In this document: positions 9,290 to 24,403 of the stretch, in pieces
Layout of the letters: every line of letters begins with the position of its first letter
Position numbering within the stretch: the first letter of the stretch is position 1
Source: Eledone cirrhosa
Taxonomy: Eukaryota
DNA: 64,000 nucleotides
NCBI GenBank assembly: GCA_964016885.1
Contig: OZ024757.1
Span: 7,068,001 to 7,132,000, forward strand
Reading direction: 5' to 3'
Translations under genes and position numbers: made by a program
Notes under the pieces: generated by a model
What the model was told of the DNA's origin: nothing
Database searches by the model: none
What the model saw: only the letters and a program-made list of their open reading frames with translations

Positions 9290-12200
9290 ATGTTAAGCAA
9301 ATGCAAATGTTTGTCCACAAATGCAAATGGTTGCCTATTCAGACCACAAACTAGTCATCTGCATAGTCAACCGTGATAGAATACATAGACAAGGACCCGG
9401 ATACTGGAAGCTGAACGTGTCGCTACCGACACATAAAGCCTACAGTGAACTGATAAGTAGATTAGTTAAGCAACAATTGACGGGAGCCATCGTCAACAAT
9501 TGATGGTGGTACTCCCTCAAGAAAGGAATTAGAGTAGAGTCGATAGACTTTAGCAGAGAGTTAGCCTTAGAAATAAATAAAACAGAAACGGAACTAGTAG
9601 TCAAGGTAGAGGAAGCGCTTAGGAGTGGCAACGTAGTTAGAGTGCTAGCAACGAGAACGGCACTGGACCAGTTCTTCGACGCGAAACATGAAGGCTGAGT
9701 GGTCAGAAGTAAATCACGTGCTCTAGAAAACGAGGGAGCAAAAGCTGTTAGCTGGGCCCGAGTGACAGAGGCGAAAAGTGGCACCAAGTCCACGATTCTG
9801 TCTTTGAAAGACCAAAACGGACGCGTGCTACTTGACCCCAAGCGGATGTGTGCGGCTTTTCAGTGGCACTTTGCGCAACTGTTCGAGCAGAGTGGTGGTG
9901 CATCGAACGGGGCAATAGACTTCGGTTCATACCTCGACGGCCTGCCGCGTCTCTCGAGCATGGACGCCGAGTTCTCCGAAAGACCGATCACAGCCACTGA
10001 GATACGGGCCACTCTGGGAAACGCAAATCACCCGGTCTAGATGGTCTACCCTATGAGTTTTATATAGGCATGCCGGTCTTGTTCTCTGGCTTCCTTGAGG
10101 CCGTCTACTGCAACTGGCAGCAGAACGGGAGAATACCAATTCTGCAGGCAGGGGCGTAGTAACGCTGATCAGGAAAGACGAGAACAAGGGGGACGAACTA
10201 AGCAACTTTAGGCCCATAACTCTTCTCAACACAGAGTTAAAGATTTTGACCAAGGTGTTGGCAACGAGGCTGGCGCTTGTCGTTGAGAACCTAGTAGGGG
10301 AAGCGCAAACGTGTGCAATCCCGACCAGGTCCATACACGACAACCTCCACCTCATGCGATACATCATAGAGAGGGTGGGGTCTAAACTCGGATTCGATGG
10401 GGCTCTGATCTATTTAGATCAGTCTAAGGCGTTCGATAGAGACGACCATCGATAGTTGGAAGCGGTTCTCAAGGCGGCCGGTTTCACCTGTCTTCAGAGG
10501 CTGGATCGCCGCAATGCACACCAACATCTTCTCGATGGTCAAGGCGAACGGCTACCTATCGGAGCCGTTCGCAATCACGCGTTCCATCCAACAGGGATGC
10601 CCTCTCTCCTCCATTCTGTACGTACAGACTCTAGAGCCACTACTGCGGAAGTTGGAGCTGCTGTAGGGCATCCCGTTGGAACTAGGACTGCGGTAAGCAA
10701 CGTCGGCTTATGCCGACGACGTGAAAGTAATGGTGTCGGAAACCTCGCAAATCGGGGTGATCGGTAACTTACTGCAGGAATACGAAAGGCTCAGAGGAGC
10801 AAAATTGAACCCGAACAAGTCTGTCTGTTTGCAACTCGGAACGTGGAGAGGCAAACATATGCCGTCCGATAGCGTCGTCGGACGCTGGACGCACGGACCG
10901 GTGAAATTGCTCGGGGTATAGTTCGGTCCGGACCTCCAGGGGAAGAAAAACTGGAACGGGGTCACGGCCAAGGTATTTGCGCTCACCCAGAAGTGGGAAT
11001 AGTGCAAACTATCCTTGAAAGGTCGAGCGGAGGTGGCGAACACTTTCATAGCTTCCGTCATCTACTACCGCTTGATCGTAGTGCCTTGTCCCCGTGAAGA
11101 CCTCACCAAGATAGAACGCATGCTCTTCTAGTTTCTTTGGAAGAAGCAGACTCCACTGGTGAGGAGATCCGTCTACTGTCAGCACCCTTCATGCGCTGAG
11201 GCTACGACATCTATAGGTATTCCTCACCGACCCCCAACCAGTGTAGGCACCGTTTGTGAGACAGGCCTTCCCGCAACTTGTCTCGCTGACGGAGCTGCAG
11301 TCCTGGGTCAAACGGAGACGGAAGAAGATGGGCGCCTGGCACATTGAATGCGCTCAGGTGCTTACAGTCCTCTTTCAAGCGGGCACGGCAACCAGTGGAG
11401 ACTCCACTTCGACATTCTATATAGGGTTAGTACGTCACAAGGGCGACGACGTGCTCGGAGAGACTCTGGGCGTCGAAGGAAGACGACGAACTCACCAGTC
11501 TGTTTCGTAGGACTTTCTGCTCGGGACCTATAGACAACTTCCAGATGTCCCTGACCTGGCAGTGCTACCGAGGAGCTCTACTAGTTCGTGACAAGATCTA
11601 CAGGCACGGACGCCTAGGCAGGGATCCTTCAAAGAGGACGTGTCCAAGATGCGGGCAGGACATTGAAACTGTCTTGCACGCAATTGTACACTGCCCGGGC
11701 GTAACCGACCTGTGGAACTACGCAGAACAACTGCAGTCGCGTATGGGACAAATCCAGTTGACTGCCGAGTCCATAGTAAGGATCAAACCCCCAATTTCTT
11801 TCAAAAACGAAAGAGAGAAGGTTTTCCTCTGTATAGTGGCTATGGTGAAAGAGGTTATATGGTGGACGAGATTTAGAGGACTGAGGACAGATGCCTTTCT
11901 CTCCGTAAAACAACTCATTCCCTTCTTTAGGTACCACTTTAGAAGGAGAATCAGAGTGGAGAGAGAAGCACTGCACCCCAGTAACTTTACTGAAAGGTAG
12001 GTGAATATGGCAAAAATGGCCCGAGAGATTGGGCCTTCTCTGCATATAAACCTGTAGGTTGAAGAAGAGAGCAAAAGGAAGAAAGGACCACTTTCACAAC
12101 ACGCTCATGAAGTTGAGGGTTTTTCAATCTACGGGGTATCAAACAACCCATTTGTGGCGCCTCCCCCTTATTAGGGATTTCGATTGTTATATTTGTTTGT

Positions 12201-12290
12201 TTTATATTTTTAGACGATTGTATGTAAAATCCCCGACATGTCTTAGTTGTGTCTCCTTTCCTTGTGCGCCCTTGTGGCTAATAAAGAAAT
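9290..12290 (+). mobile_element. 5'-truncated, degraded Tx1/L1-clade LINE (ORF2 only)
   Basis: YSDHK..GPGYWKLN, FRPITLLN, LDQSKAFDR, YADD, C-terminal CPRC..H..C. The 3' end CCCTTGTGGCTAATAAAGAAAT matches the Tx1 copies at 23600 and 29661. Many stops. Confidence 0.9.
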
Positions 12291-12344
12291 ATATCTATCT
12301 ATCAATATATATATATATATATTTATTTATTTATATATTCATAT

Positions 12345-14984
12345 TTGGGTTGGTGCGGACGGATAAGCCCTGGTGGTGTTTCTACCAAGGTTATTGGGCT
12401 GCTGCCTATTGTGTGCTCTGCGCATCTTAGCTCCATGTGCTAACCTAGCCCCTGCTGGACCGCACTGGGTTACCCTATGCTTGCCGGTAGGTGTTGGTGA
12501 GATACCGTCACCATTATTAAGCCTGTATGCGGGGAATTTTTCTAGTAGGTTGCTGTTAATTCTATTGACCGAACGAAATTGGTACGGGTGTGGGGGTCTC
12601 CCTGGCCTACCGCCCTTGTTGTTATGATGCTGGCCAAAGCTAGCCGCATTACTAGTTCGACCTGTATGTTTCCCTTTAACAATCCCACTGCCACGGTGGT
12701 TATTGGTGCGGCACGCTATTACACTGGTCCTATGGGAAGGGGGCCTAGTAGAGCCTGCGTCATAGATATACGAAATCCTGTTGCTATAACCTCATTCAGC
12801 CAGCGCTTTGTTGTAGTAGTCGGCAGTTTGGTCAAAGTGGTCCTTGTTGGCCGACAGCCTCGAGATTCTATGTGAGATGCTACTCACTATAGAGTTAAGT
12901 GTAGATTTGGGGTGATTAGATGCTTTGTTGATGTAAGACAGGACCTCATCTGGCTTGTGGTATGGTCTGTATGAGCCAGTATCTTATTCTAACGTTACAT
13001 CCAGGAAGTTAACTATTTTATGGTTGTGGTAAATTGTAACTGAGAGGCCGTACGTTTTAAAGAACTTATGTATATGCTTATTGAGGTTTTCTATCCTACG
13101 GGGTCTGTGATTCCTTACAGTAAATAAGGCGTCGTCCCTATATATACCTCTTTGTAGTACAGGGGTCTCGTCTCTGAGCTTGTGTAGGGGATATATTCCA
13201 GCCAGGTCGGTTACCTGCGCCGAGTCGCTTGACCCCCATCGTGATATCAAAATTTTCAGGACGGTTGGCTCGGGTCCAGTAAGAGCCTTCGAAGTGAATG
13301 ATAGTTCGTCTCGCTGCAAGCATTATGTCTATTTCTTTTTTTAGTTAAACTAGTGTTAGATCTAGCTAAGATGATGGCCTTATTTAGGAGTATAGGGGAG
13401 ATAGAGGCGTAGTAATTATCTATGTCGAACTGAATAAATTTTAAAGAGACCTTATCAGGTATATCTGTGAACCATTTGATGACCTTGTCAGTATTGTTCC
13501 AAAGACGGACCTTGGCCTTACTATTTAGTACGAGTATTATCCTATCAATGATCACTTTGCTAATTCTACCTATATCCGAAGTGGAGGGGCATATTAATCT
13601 AACTGAAGGTCTTTTAAAATTACATTTATGATCCTTAAGAGTCTGTGTATTTATCTATATCTAAGCCAGTTACAATATTCTTACCTAATCTATTTATGTC
13701 GTTTAATGTGCTTCTTGGTGATTTTTTGTAATTTTTGCTGAGCTTATTTGAGATGAATTGTCTATATCTACTTACATCCAACTTATACAGGTTCTTGGTT
13801 TTATCAGAGGCTACAAAAAGGTGCTTATTGTTCTTGATTTTAGTGATTAGGGGGTCCAGAGAAGTCAGGAAAGCATTAGTATACTTGCGTCTATTCTTAA
13901 ACTTGACATTCTTGATCATATTGAGCAGGTCTTCGGCAAAGGCGTCCAACAGTTTGTTGTGCGGTGGGTTCCTGTAGGCCTTAAATCCATACCTTTCTTT
14001 AAGTGCCGGTTGTTTATCTGTATCCTTGTCCATATGGTAGGCCTTCCATCTGACTCTGCGTATAAACGAATTAGTCGCGGCGATGAGTTGTTTGAGATAA
14101 GTTTTTTCTGCTTGGTAACGCTATTGACTTGAGAGACATCGGTAACGGTTGTTTCTCCTACATAATGGCAAGTAGCGTGTTGAGATCTACTGATTGGAGA
14201 ACGATAATAATAAGGTTAAAGTATCGTAGGAGAGGATGAAGCAGAGAGATACAAAGAGGTACGATACAGAATACTAAATGCCAATAGCCGAAGCGTAGCG
14301 TGCTCGATACTTGGTTTAGCAGGGTTAAATATTAGAGGAGGTTAATATTTAGCGTATGGTTTAAGCAGAGCGGGAATAAGCAAATGAATGAGTCAGTGAA
14401 AGTGTTACAAGCCGTTAAAACATTTCTTTATATAGCTCATACACGTGTTTCGCACAGACGGGCTCATCGGAAGCAGATATTCCAATAGTTAGGTCTGTAA
14501 GTATAATTACCGTTGAGAAATTATCACAACTTCACATATTCCTGCATTCTGTTCGAAAATAGTAAACACAATGGCGTCGGTGAAAGGGACATAACTCGCT
14601 AAGGGAGGTAATTACCCGGTGCCTGGCTGGATGTCACTCAGTTAGTTCTGGCCAACCCCAGCTATGGGAAATTTTTAACATTTTTTTTAACATTAGCAGG
14701 GTGGGTCTGACCTAGTAGATATCATGCAGTGTTTTGGTGGGAAACGAACAGACGGTTGATAGTGACATCATACCTTGCACACTGGTATACCTAATGCAGG
14801 GGAGCTGTAGTAGGGTGTGATGTAGAAGGCTGTGGAGGTATGATGCTATTCAGGTTCAAGTTGTATGTTCATAAGTTTAATTAATCAATGATGTTATTCG
14901 GGTTCAGGCAGTAGGTTCATTGTATCTCTCTGCTTTCATTCTTTGTATCTCTCCGCTTCATCCTCTTCTACGATACTTTAACCC

Positions 14985-14990
<6 letters not shown>
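12345..14990 (-). mobile_element. Penelope-like element (RT, 3' end missing) with inverted terminal segment
   Basis: Frameshifted ORFs 13635-14033, 13256-13555 and 12984-13319 (SDKTKNLY, FIQFDIDNYY, ITMGSSDSAQVTDL, IYRDD, NFLDVTL) are homologous to the PLE at 54794. 14207-14257 is inverted at 14940-14990. Confidence 0.85.
14434..14474 (-). ncRNA. Degenerate minimal hammerhead ribozyme in PLE pLTR
   Basis: Minus strand GCUU-CCGAUGA-GCCCGUCUGUGC-GAAACACGUGUA-UGAGC, with palindromic ACACGUGU stem III. The core has a U>C change and stem I is out of register. Confidence 0.5.

Positions 14991-15032
<42 letters not shown>
14988..15032. repeat. (TA)n
   Basis: Directly visible. Confidence 0.95.
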
Positions 15033-15034
<2 letters not shown>

Positions 15035-15915
15035 AAATAAAGATCCGAAGGCATGGTATAAATTTCCAATCATTCTAATCACGACACATGTTTCAATAAG
15101 GGATAGATCGATCGTGTGGTCATGATCGATTATCACTCACTAGAGTTTTCCTCCCCATATGAAGATTCAGCAGCCAAAACACGCCAGCTGCTATCGTCTT
15201 CAGTCAGGGTCACAAATCTCTCAAGTCTCTATCTCTCAATAGCTGTAAAAGACGCTGGACAGGTTTAATCTCAGCATCAGATCTGTAGAATTTTGGTCGG
15301 TCACAATTAGTGTTAGTGAGTACGCACACACTTACACACACCGACGCGAGGTCAGGGAGAAAATATATATACACACCAACACAGTATGCAGCGAAAGTTA
15401 GCTTACAAAACAACAAACGTTATATTGGTCAAATCTAAATTTTCACGATGTAAATTAGAAAAAAATTGAGTCAACCACAGCCCTATACACACGCAAGTAA
15501 ATTCCGTTCAACGTTCTGCTATACGTGTATATATTGAATTGTAACATCCGTATCGTCTAAATAGTGTATGTTTTGGTATATACACATCCATGTGAAGAGC
15601 AAGTAGTCAGCTCGTATCGAACTCTATATGTGCCGGTGTCCCGTTGAGAGTCTGAGTCCCCGAGTCTGTGCGTGCAAGCACCCGCCATGTAGGCCAACAA
15701 GGGGCTCCATGTAGGGTTGGGTATTTGAGTTAGGGTGTCAGTGTGTGCGTTTACCCGTCAAATGGGCCCTCGGGCCCTTAAGATAAGCGTTTGAGACTTA
15801 AGATAAGTGTTATTAAATGAAATTGGAGATATACAAAAGCGTGGAGAACTTAATATTGCTAACAAAAGTTTATTGGACTGTATGACACAATCAATAATAC
15901 ACCTTACTACATAAC

Positions 15916-18110
<2,195 letters not shown>

Positions 18111-18243
18111 AGTTGATTCTAAAGGGGCACTCTAAATGTTGTGCTAGAGTTTCTCGATCATTGTCTGGTGACAAGCCTAAGCCAGATGACAAGTAATCAC
18201 ACACACACATATATAATAATAATAATAATGATAATAATAATAA

Positions 18244-18943
18244 GGGAAGAAGACGCACATGGTGGAAAGAAGGTCATGAAATCGCTCCCGTAAGTTTTTG
18301 ATTTTTAATATATTTAAATCAATTGTGAAATAACAATTCTTAGTACGAATGATGCATAAAGCATCCGACTCAAGCCTCAGGAAGATTCGGATCCATAATA
18401 TATTGTTATATCGCTCAAATATTCAATTTTGTAACATACATTTTACATTCAAAAAAGAAAATGGTTATAAATGGAAGAAAACCACCCCCTCTGTCTACAC
18501 TATATAGAACAGCCAAATAACAGCAATTTCACCAACACCACAAACTAGATACACCACCTATCCCATCACTCCTCTGTGTACACTAAATACAACAGCCAGA
18601 TAGCGGCAATTTCACCACCACCAATCCCAGCATAATAATTATAATTACTATTATTATTGTCTCAAGTCTTCACAAAATGTTTAATTCCAATATTAAGAAA
18701 AATATGTCAACACATATAATAAACAACGCCATCACTACAGTCACCGCCGCCACCACACATCCATCATTACTACCACTATCCCATCACCGCCGCCACCACC
18801 CATCCATCATTACTACCACTATCCCATCACCGCCGCCACCACCCATCCATCATTACTACCACTATCCCATCACCGCCGCCACCACTCCTTCATTGCTACC
18901 ACCGCTATTCCCCCATTACCTTCTGTTAACTTACGAAAGGGGA
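18244..18943 (+). repeat. Unexplained repeated unit following (AAT)n (other copies 35501-35572, 37569-38490, 43584-44515, 49286-49850)
   Basis: Shared blocks such as TTCGGATCCAT..TATTGTTATATCGCTCAAATATTCAA, AAAAAAGAAAATGG.TATAAATGGAAGAA, TGTCTACAC..ATAGAACAGCCA and CACCGCCGCCACCAC repeats. Confidence 0.85.
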
Positions 18944-19983
18944 AGGAGTCATGTCGATAGACTCTACTTAAGGAGATCTGAAGGTGGAAGAGGTCTTATC
19001 AGCATAGAGGACTGTGTTCAGATGGAGAAAAACAACCTACACAAATACGTGACTGATAGTAAGGAGCCAATGCTCAGAACTGTACTGAAGGAGGGGACAA
19101 TAGGCCAGCGGATGTCCAAGGAGGAAATAACATCAAGGAGAAAGAGCAGCCTTCAGGAAAAATCCCTTCATAGTACCTTCTTTGAGAAAACTGAATTTAG
19201 AGATCCACAGATTTGGAACTGGTTGAAAAGAGGAGACCTTAAAAAGGCTACAGAAGGAATGTTAATGGCTGCGCAGGAGCAGGCCCTAAAAACGAAGTGG
19301 TTGAAACACCATATTTACAAGGGGAAGGCTAGCCCACTGTGCAGGATCTGTGGAGATAGAGAGGAGAATGTGGCTCACATTGTATCCGAGTGTAAACACC
19401 TAGCCCAGACTCACTATAAGGGCTGGAGACATGATGTGATGGGCAGGGTGATCTACTGGCACCTATGCAAAGTAAACAATTTACCACATTCTGGGAAGTG
19501 GTATGAGCATAAGCCAGAGTCGGTGATAGAAAACGATCAGGTGAAGGTGCTGTGGGGACTTTAGGATACAGACGGACAAGAAACTGGAACAAAATAGACC
19601 TGACCTGGTGGTTGTGGACAAAGAAAAAAGATCGTGACTGATTGTGGATGTGGCTTGCCCATTCGACACGAGAGTGCAAGAGAAGGAGAGGGAGAAAATT
19701 AACCGATACCAGAACTTAAAGTGGGTAAAAATGATTTGGAACTGCCATGAAGTCAAAGTGATCCCGATTGTCATAGGTGCACAAGGGACTATCTCAAAAG
19801 GTGTCCAGAGATGGTTAAAGAAAATTGGCCCCTACACGCTTTTTGGAACACTTCAAAAGGCATGCTTGCTGGGAACAGCAACAACCGTGCGATACGTCCT
19901 GAATATCTGAGGCTGCAGGTAGTGGCTTGATATTCATTTCAACAAACTTTCCAGTTAACTAACATCAATGACTGAGACTCAAA
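18944..19983 (+). mobile_element. R4/Dong-clade RLE retrotransposon subfamily A, 5'-truncated
   Basis: RLYLRRSEGGRGL, CRICG..HIVSEC zinc knuckle, RHD, RPDLVV..DVACPFD. Followed by (AAT)n. Confidence 0.9.
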
Positions 19984-20018
19984 GAGTAATAGTAATAGTA
20001 ATAATAATAATAATAATA

Positions 20019-23000
20019 GGCTATGTAACCATACATTCGCCAATCCTCGATAAGAGTGTTTAAATATCGAACATAAACAGTTCGAATAACGGTGAAATGG
20101 AGACTAGAACGTCATGTGACAGACTCTCACCCAACAGGTGCCCCCTGGCTCAGCAGCAGGAACCTGACTGTCAACCAAATACTGCTGATGTTGGAGGAAG
20201 GAGAAGAAGGAAAGGGGCCAGAACCAACTGGACGAAAGAATTGAATAGAACTGTTATGCAATGTTACCTGAAAAGTAACCCCAAGGAGAGGGGCTACAGG
20301 AGACGGATGCATAACATCTGGAACGAGATTTGTTTATTTAAATTAGATGAACAAAAATTGGCCGGGCAGACTCGGGTAATAAGAACTAATGGGTGGATAA
20401 GCGAGCTGGAACTGGAGGAACTGAGCAGAGAGAATGGCTTGGAGATGGCGGGTGTAGTATGCCAGACAAGCGAGCCAGTGGGAAATGAAGGTGAAGAGGT
20501 CCTGAGAACGGAGGAACCACCCGAAGCAGACAATGATCTGAATACTGAGATAAATAATACCTGGAACAGAGATACGGCCACTGAGGAGATGAATGCTGAC
20601 GGGCTAGGACAAGACTCGGTTGACATCCTAAATTTAGTGGTAGATGAATTGAACAATGATAGTGGGAGACCTATGAACCTAAGATTTGTAGACAGGAAAA
20701 AGTTAAAAGAAACAACAGCTAAGGTAAACAAAGTCATCCCATACCTTGAGGCGAGGAGCCTTCACCAGTGCAACAATATCCTCAAAGCAACAGCAAATAC
20801 GGTGAGGAAACTACTTGGTATAAAAGCGAGAGGAAACAACAGACAAGAAAGAGCAGAGCCGTGGTGGAAGAAGCGACTGAGTGGGCAAATCGGGGAAATG
20901 AGAAATGACATAGGAAAGCTTGAGTCACTACTGAATGGGACACTAAAAAACATAGGCACTAAAAATAGACTGGAAATAAAATACAAAACTAGGAGGAAAA
21001 AGCTAAATATTATCATAGAGGAACTGAAGCAACGCATTGTAGCAAAGAGTGCAAAAATCAGGCGATACGAGAACAGAGTCAGTCAGTATAAACAGAACCG
21101 CATGTTCGACAACAACCAGAAGATGCTGTTTGGACAGCTTGAGGGGAAAGAAAGAGGCAACGACTTGATCCCTGGGGCGGAGCAAACTAAAACATTCTGG
21201 AGAGGAATATGGGAGCAGGATGTTAGACATAATGTCCAGGCAGGTTGGATTGAGACAGTACAGAGGAAGATCGGTGAGCAGGCACAACAACAAACTGATT
21301 TCTGTATCACAGTTGAAACTCTTAAGGGGCAGGCCAAAAAACTAACCAACTGGAAATCACCAGGCCCAGATGGTGTGCAGGGGTATTGGATTAAACATTT
21401 AACATCCCTCCACCCGAAGCTGACGGCCATGTTCAATGACTGCTTGGTGTCGGGTGAGGTGCCAGAGTGGTTGACAAAAGGTACCACAGTTCTGATAATG
21501 AAAGACCGAATCAAGGGTAATGATGTTACCAACTATAGAGCTATCACATGTCTGTCCGTAATGTGGAAACTGTTGACGAGCATTGTGTCTGAGGAAATCT
21601 ACCATCACCTCCACACAAACAACTTGTTACCGGACGAACAGAAAGGATGCTGAAAGAAGTCACGTGGTACAAAGGACCAGTTACTTATTGATAAGATGGT
21701 AATGGGGAATTGCAGGAGACACACTGATCTTGCCATGGGATGGATAGACTACAGAAAGGCATTTGACATGGTGCCTCATTCTTGGATCACCAAAAGCCTG
21801 GAGATCTTCAGGGTGGCAGATAACATCAGACAGTTGCTAGGCAGGAGTATGGGGTCCTGGGAGACAGAGTTGACATCAACTGGAGTATCCTTGGGAAGCG
21901 TGAAGATCAAGAGAGGTATCTTCCAGGGAGATAGCCTGTCCCCTCTGTTGTTTGCCCTTGCCCTGATGCCCTTGACCATTATGCTGCGAAAAGTGAGAGC
22001 AGGATACAAGTTGGGAAGGGGAGAGCTTACCATAAATCACCTCCACTTCATGGACGATCTTAAGCTCTTCGGGAAAAGTGAGAAGGAGTTGGATGTGCTT
22101 GTTGACACTGTCCGTATTTTCAGCAGTGATATATGTACGCAGTTTGGTATTAGTAAATGTGGAGTCATTGTGATGAGGAGGGGTAGGTTGAGCAGAAGTA
22201 ACGGGATCCAGATACCAACAGGTGAGATGATAAAGGAAATTGACTATGAGGAAGGATACAAGTATCTGGGAGTTCTGGAGGCTGATGGCATAAAGAACAA
22301 AAAAATGAAGGAATTGTTAAGAACTGAATACATTCGGAGAGTAAGGAGCGTATTGAAGTCACATCTGAACAGCAGAAATGCCATAAGCGCAGTAAATTCC
22401 CGAGCTGTGTCTATTATTAGGTACAGTGCGGGAATTCTGAGATGGAATATTGCTGAACAAAAAGAAATGGATAGGAAGACTAGGAAGCTATTGACTATCT
22501 ACAACATGTTCCACAAGAGGAGTGATGTCGATAGACTCTACCTAAGGAGATCTGAGGGTGGAAGAGGTCTTATCAGCATAGGGGACTGTGTTCAGATGGA
22601 GAAAAACAACCTATACAAATACGTGACCTATAGTAAGGAGCCAATGCTCAGAACTGTACTGAAGGAGGGGACAGTAGGCCAGGGGATGTCCAAGGAGGAA
22701 ATAACATCAAGGAGGAAGAGCAGCCTTAAGGGAAAATCCCTTCATAGTACCTTCTTTGAGAAAACTGAATTTAGAGATCCACAGACATGGAACTGGTTGA
22801 GAAGAGGAGACCTCAAAAAGGCTACAGAAGGAATGGTAATGGCTGCGCAGGAGCGGGCCCTCAAAACGAAGTGGTTGAAGCACCATATTTACAAGGAGGA
22901 GGCTAGCCCACTGTGCAGGATCTGTGGAGAGAGAGAGGAGACTGTGGCTCACATTGTGTCCGAGTGTAAACGCCTAGCCCAGACCCACTATAAGGGCTGG

Positions 23001-23560
23001 AGACACGATGTGATGGGCAGGGTGATCCACTGGCACCTGTGCAAAGTAAACAATTTACCACATTCTGAGAAATGGTATGAGCATAGGACAGAGGCGGTGA
23101 TGGAGAACAATCAGGTGAAGGTGCTGTGGGATTTTAGGATACAGACGGACAAAAAACTGGAACACAATAGACCTGACCTGGTGGTTGTGGACAAAGAAAA
23201 AAGATCGTGTCTGATTGTGGATGTGGCCTGCCCATTCGACACGAGAGTGCAAGAGAAGGAGAGGGAGAAAATGAACCGATACCAGGACCTAAAATCGGAG
23301 GTGAAAAGGATTTGGAACTGCCATGAAGTCAAAGTGATCCCGATTGTCATAGGCACACTGGGGACTATCTCCAAAAGTTTCCAGGGATGGTTAAAGAAAA
23401 TCGGCCCCTTCACGCTTTTTGGAACGCTTCAAAAGGCATGCTTGCTTGGAACAGCAAGAACCCTCCGATACGTCCTGAATATCTGAGGCTGCAGGTAGTG
23501 GCTTGATATTCAATCCAACGGACTTTCCAGTTAACTAACATCAATGACTGAGACTCAAGG
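20019..23560 (+). mobile_element. R4/Dong subfamily A, near full length, flanked by (AAT)n
   Basis: R4/Dong-type N-terminus (WTKELNRTVMQCY..GYRRRMHNIW), RT (KSPGPDG, IDYRKAFD, GIFQGDSLSP, FMDD), CCHC, PD-(D/E)xK RLE. Confidence 0.95.
20097..23486 (+). pseudogene. Dong A single RT-RLE ORF interrupted by one nonsense codon
   Basis: ORFs 20097-21653 and 21696-23486 are in the same frame. TGA at 21651-21653 is CGA in the paralogue at ~51795. Confidence 0.9.
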
Positions 23561-23569
23561 AATAACAAC

Positions 23570-23601
<32 letters not shown>

Positions 23602-24403
23602 TTTCTTTATTAACCACAAGGGTTTACATAAATTAGACATTAAGGAGAGTGCAGGACAATACAGGACGGTACAAATGGGCATTTCTGCGTGTAAAAAACA
23701 AAAACAGAGGATGTAACAAAAAATAAAAATGAAAAATTCCCCAATAGGGGGAAGACTTCGGAGGGACATTTGTGGAGAAAGCCCAGTAAAAGGCCACACT
23801 GACCCTGACCACCTAGCCAAGTGCCCTCTCCCAGTTTTCCACCTTTAATTTACAGATATATACTCAGAGTAGGCCCATTCACTCGGGCCATTCTTGCTTC
23901 TCTCACCCATCTTTCAACAAAATGCTGGGAAGAGAGCACTTCCCTCTCTACTCTGATTTTCCTTTTCAAATGAAATTTGAAAAAGTCAATCAGAGCATCA
24001 CCGAAGAGGTAAGTGCTCGTCTTCAGCCCTTTCAAACGTGTCCACCATACTATCTCTTTCGCCATGGCCACTAGACAGATAAAAACTGCCTGCCCTTCCC
24101 GGCTAAAGGAAGAGGGCGGGGCAATCCTCACGATGGACTCAGATGATATCCGGATCCGTCCTAAACGCGACAGCAGGTGTTCGATATAAACCCACAAGTC
24201 AGCAATTTTCGGACACTGGACGAGTGCGTGCAGGCGGTTTCGTCGCCCTGCGCGCATCTCGGACATGCCCGGCTGACGGCACCTCCATGCCTGTAAAGTT
24301 TATCCCGAACTGGCAAGCCTCCTCGGTAGCACTGCCTGGCCAGAGATTTCTGGAAGTTGTCCATAGGCCCTGGCCCGAAAGTTCTTCCGAAGAGATTGGC
24401 TAG

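Noticed and set aside
18677-19564. 295-aa ORF with His/Pro/Thr-rich N-terminus as a novel gene
   Set aside because: Chance read-through from CAC/CAT repeats of the repeated unit into a 5'-truncated Dong.
21651-21653. In-frame TGA as selenocysteine or programmed readthrough
   Set aside because: The paralogue has CGA (Arg) here, consistent with CpG decay; no SECIS recognised.
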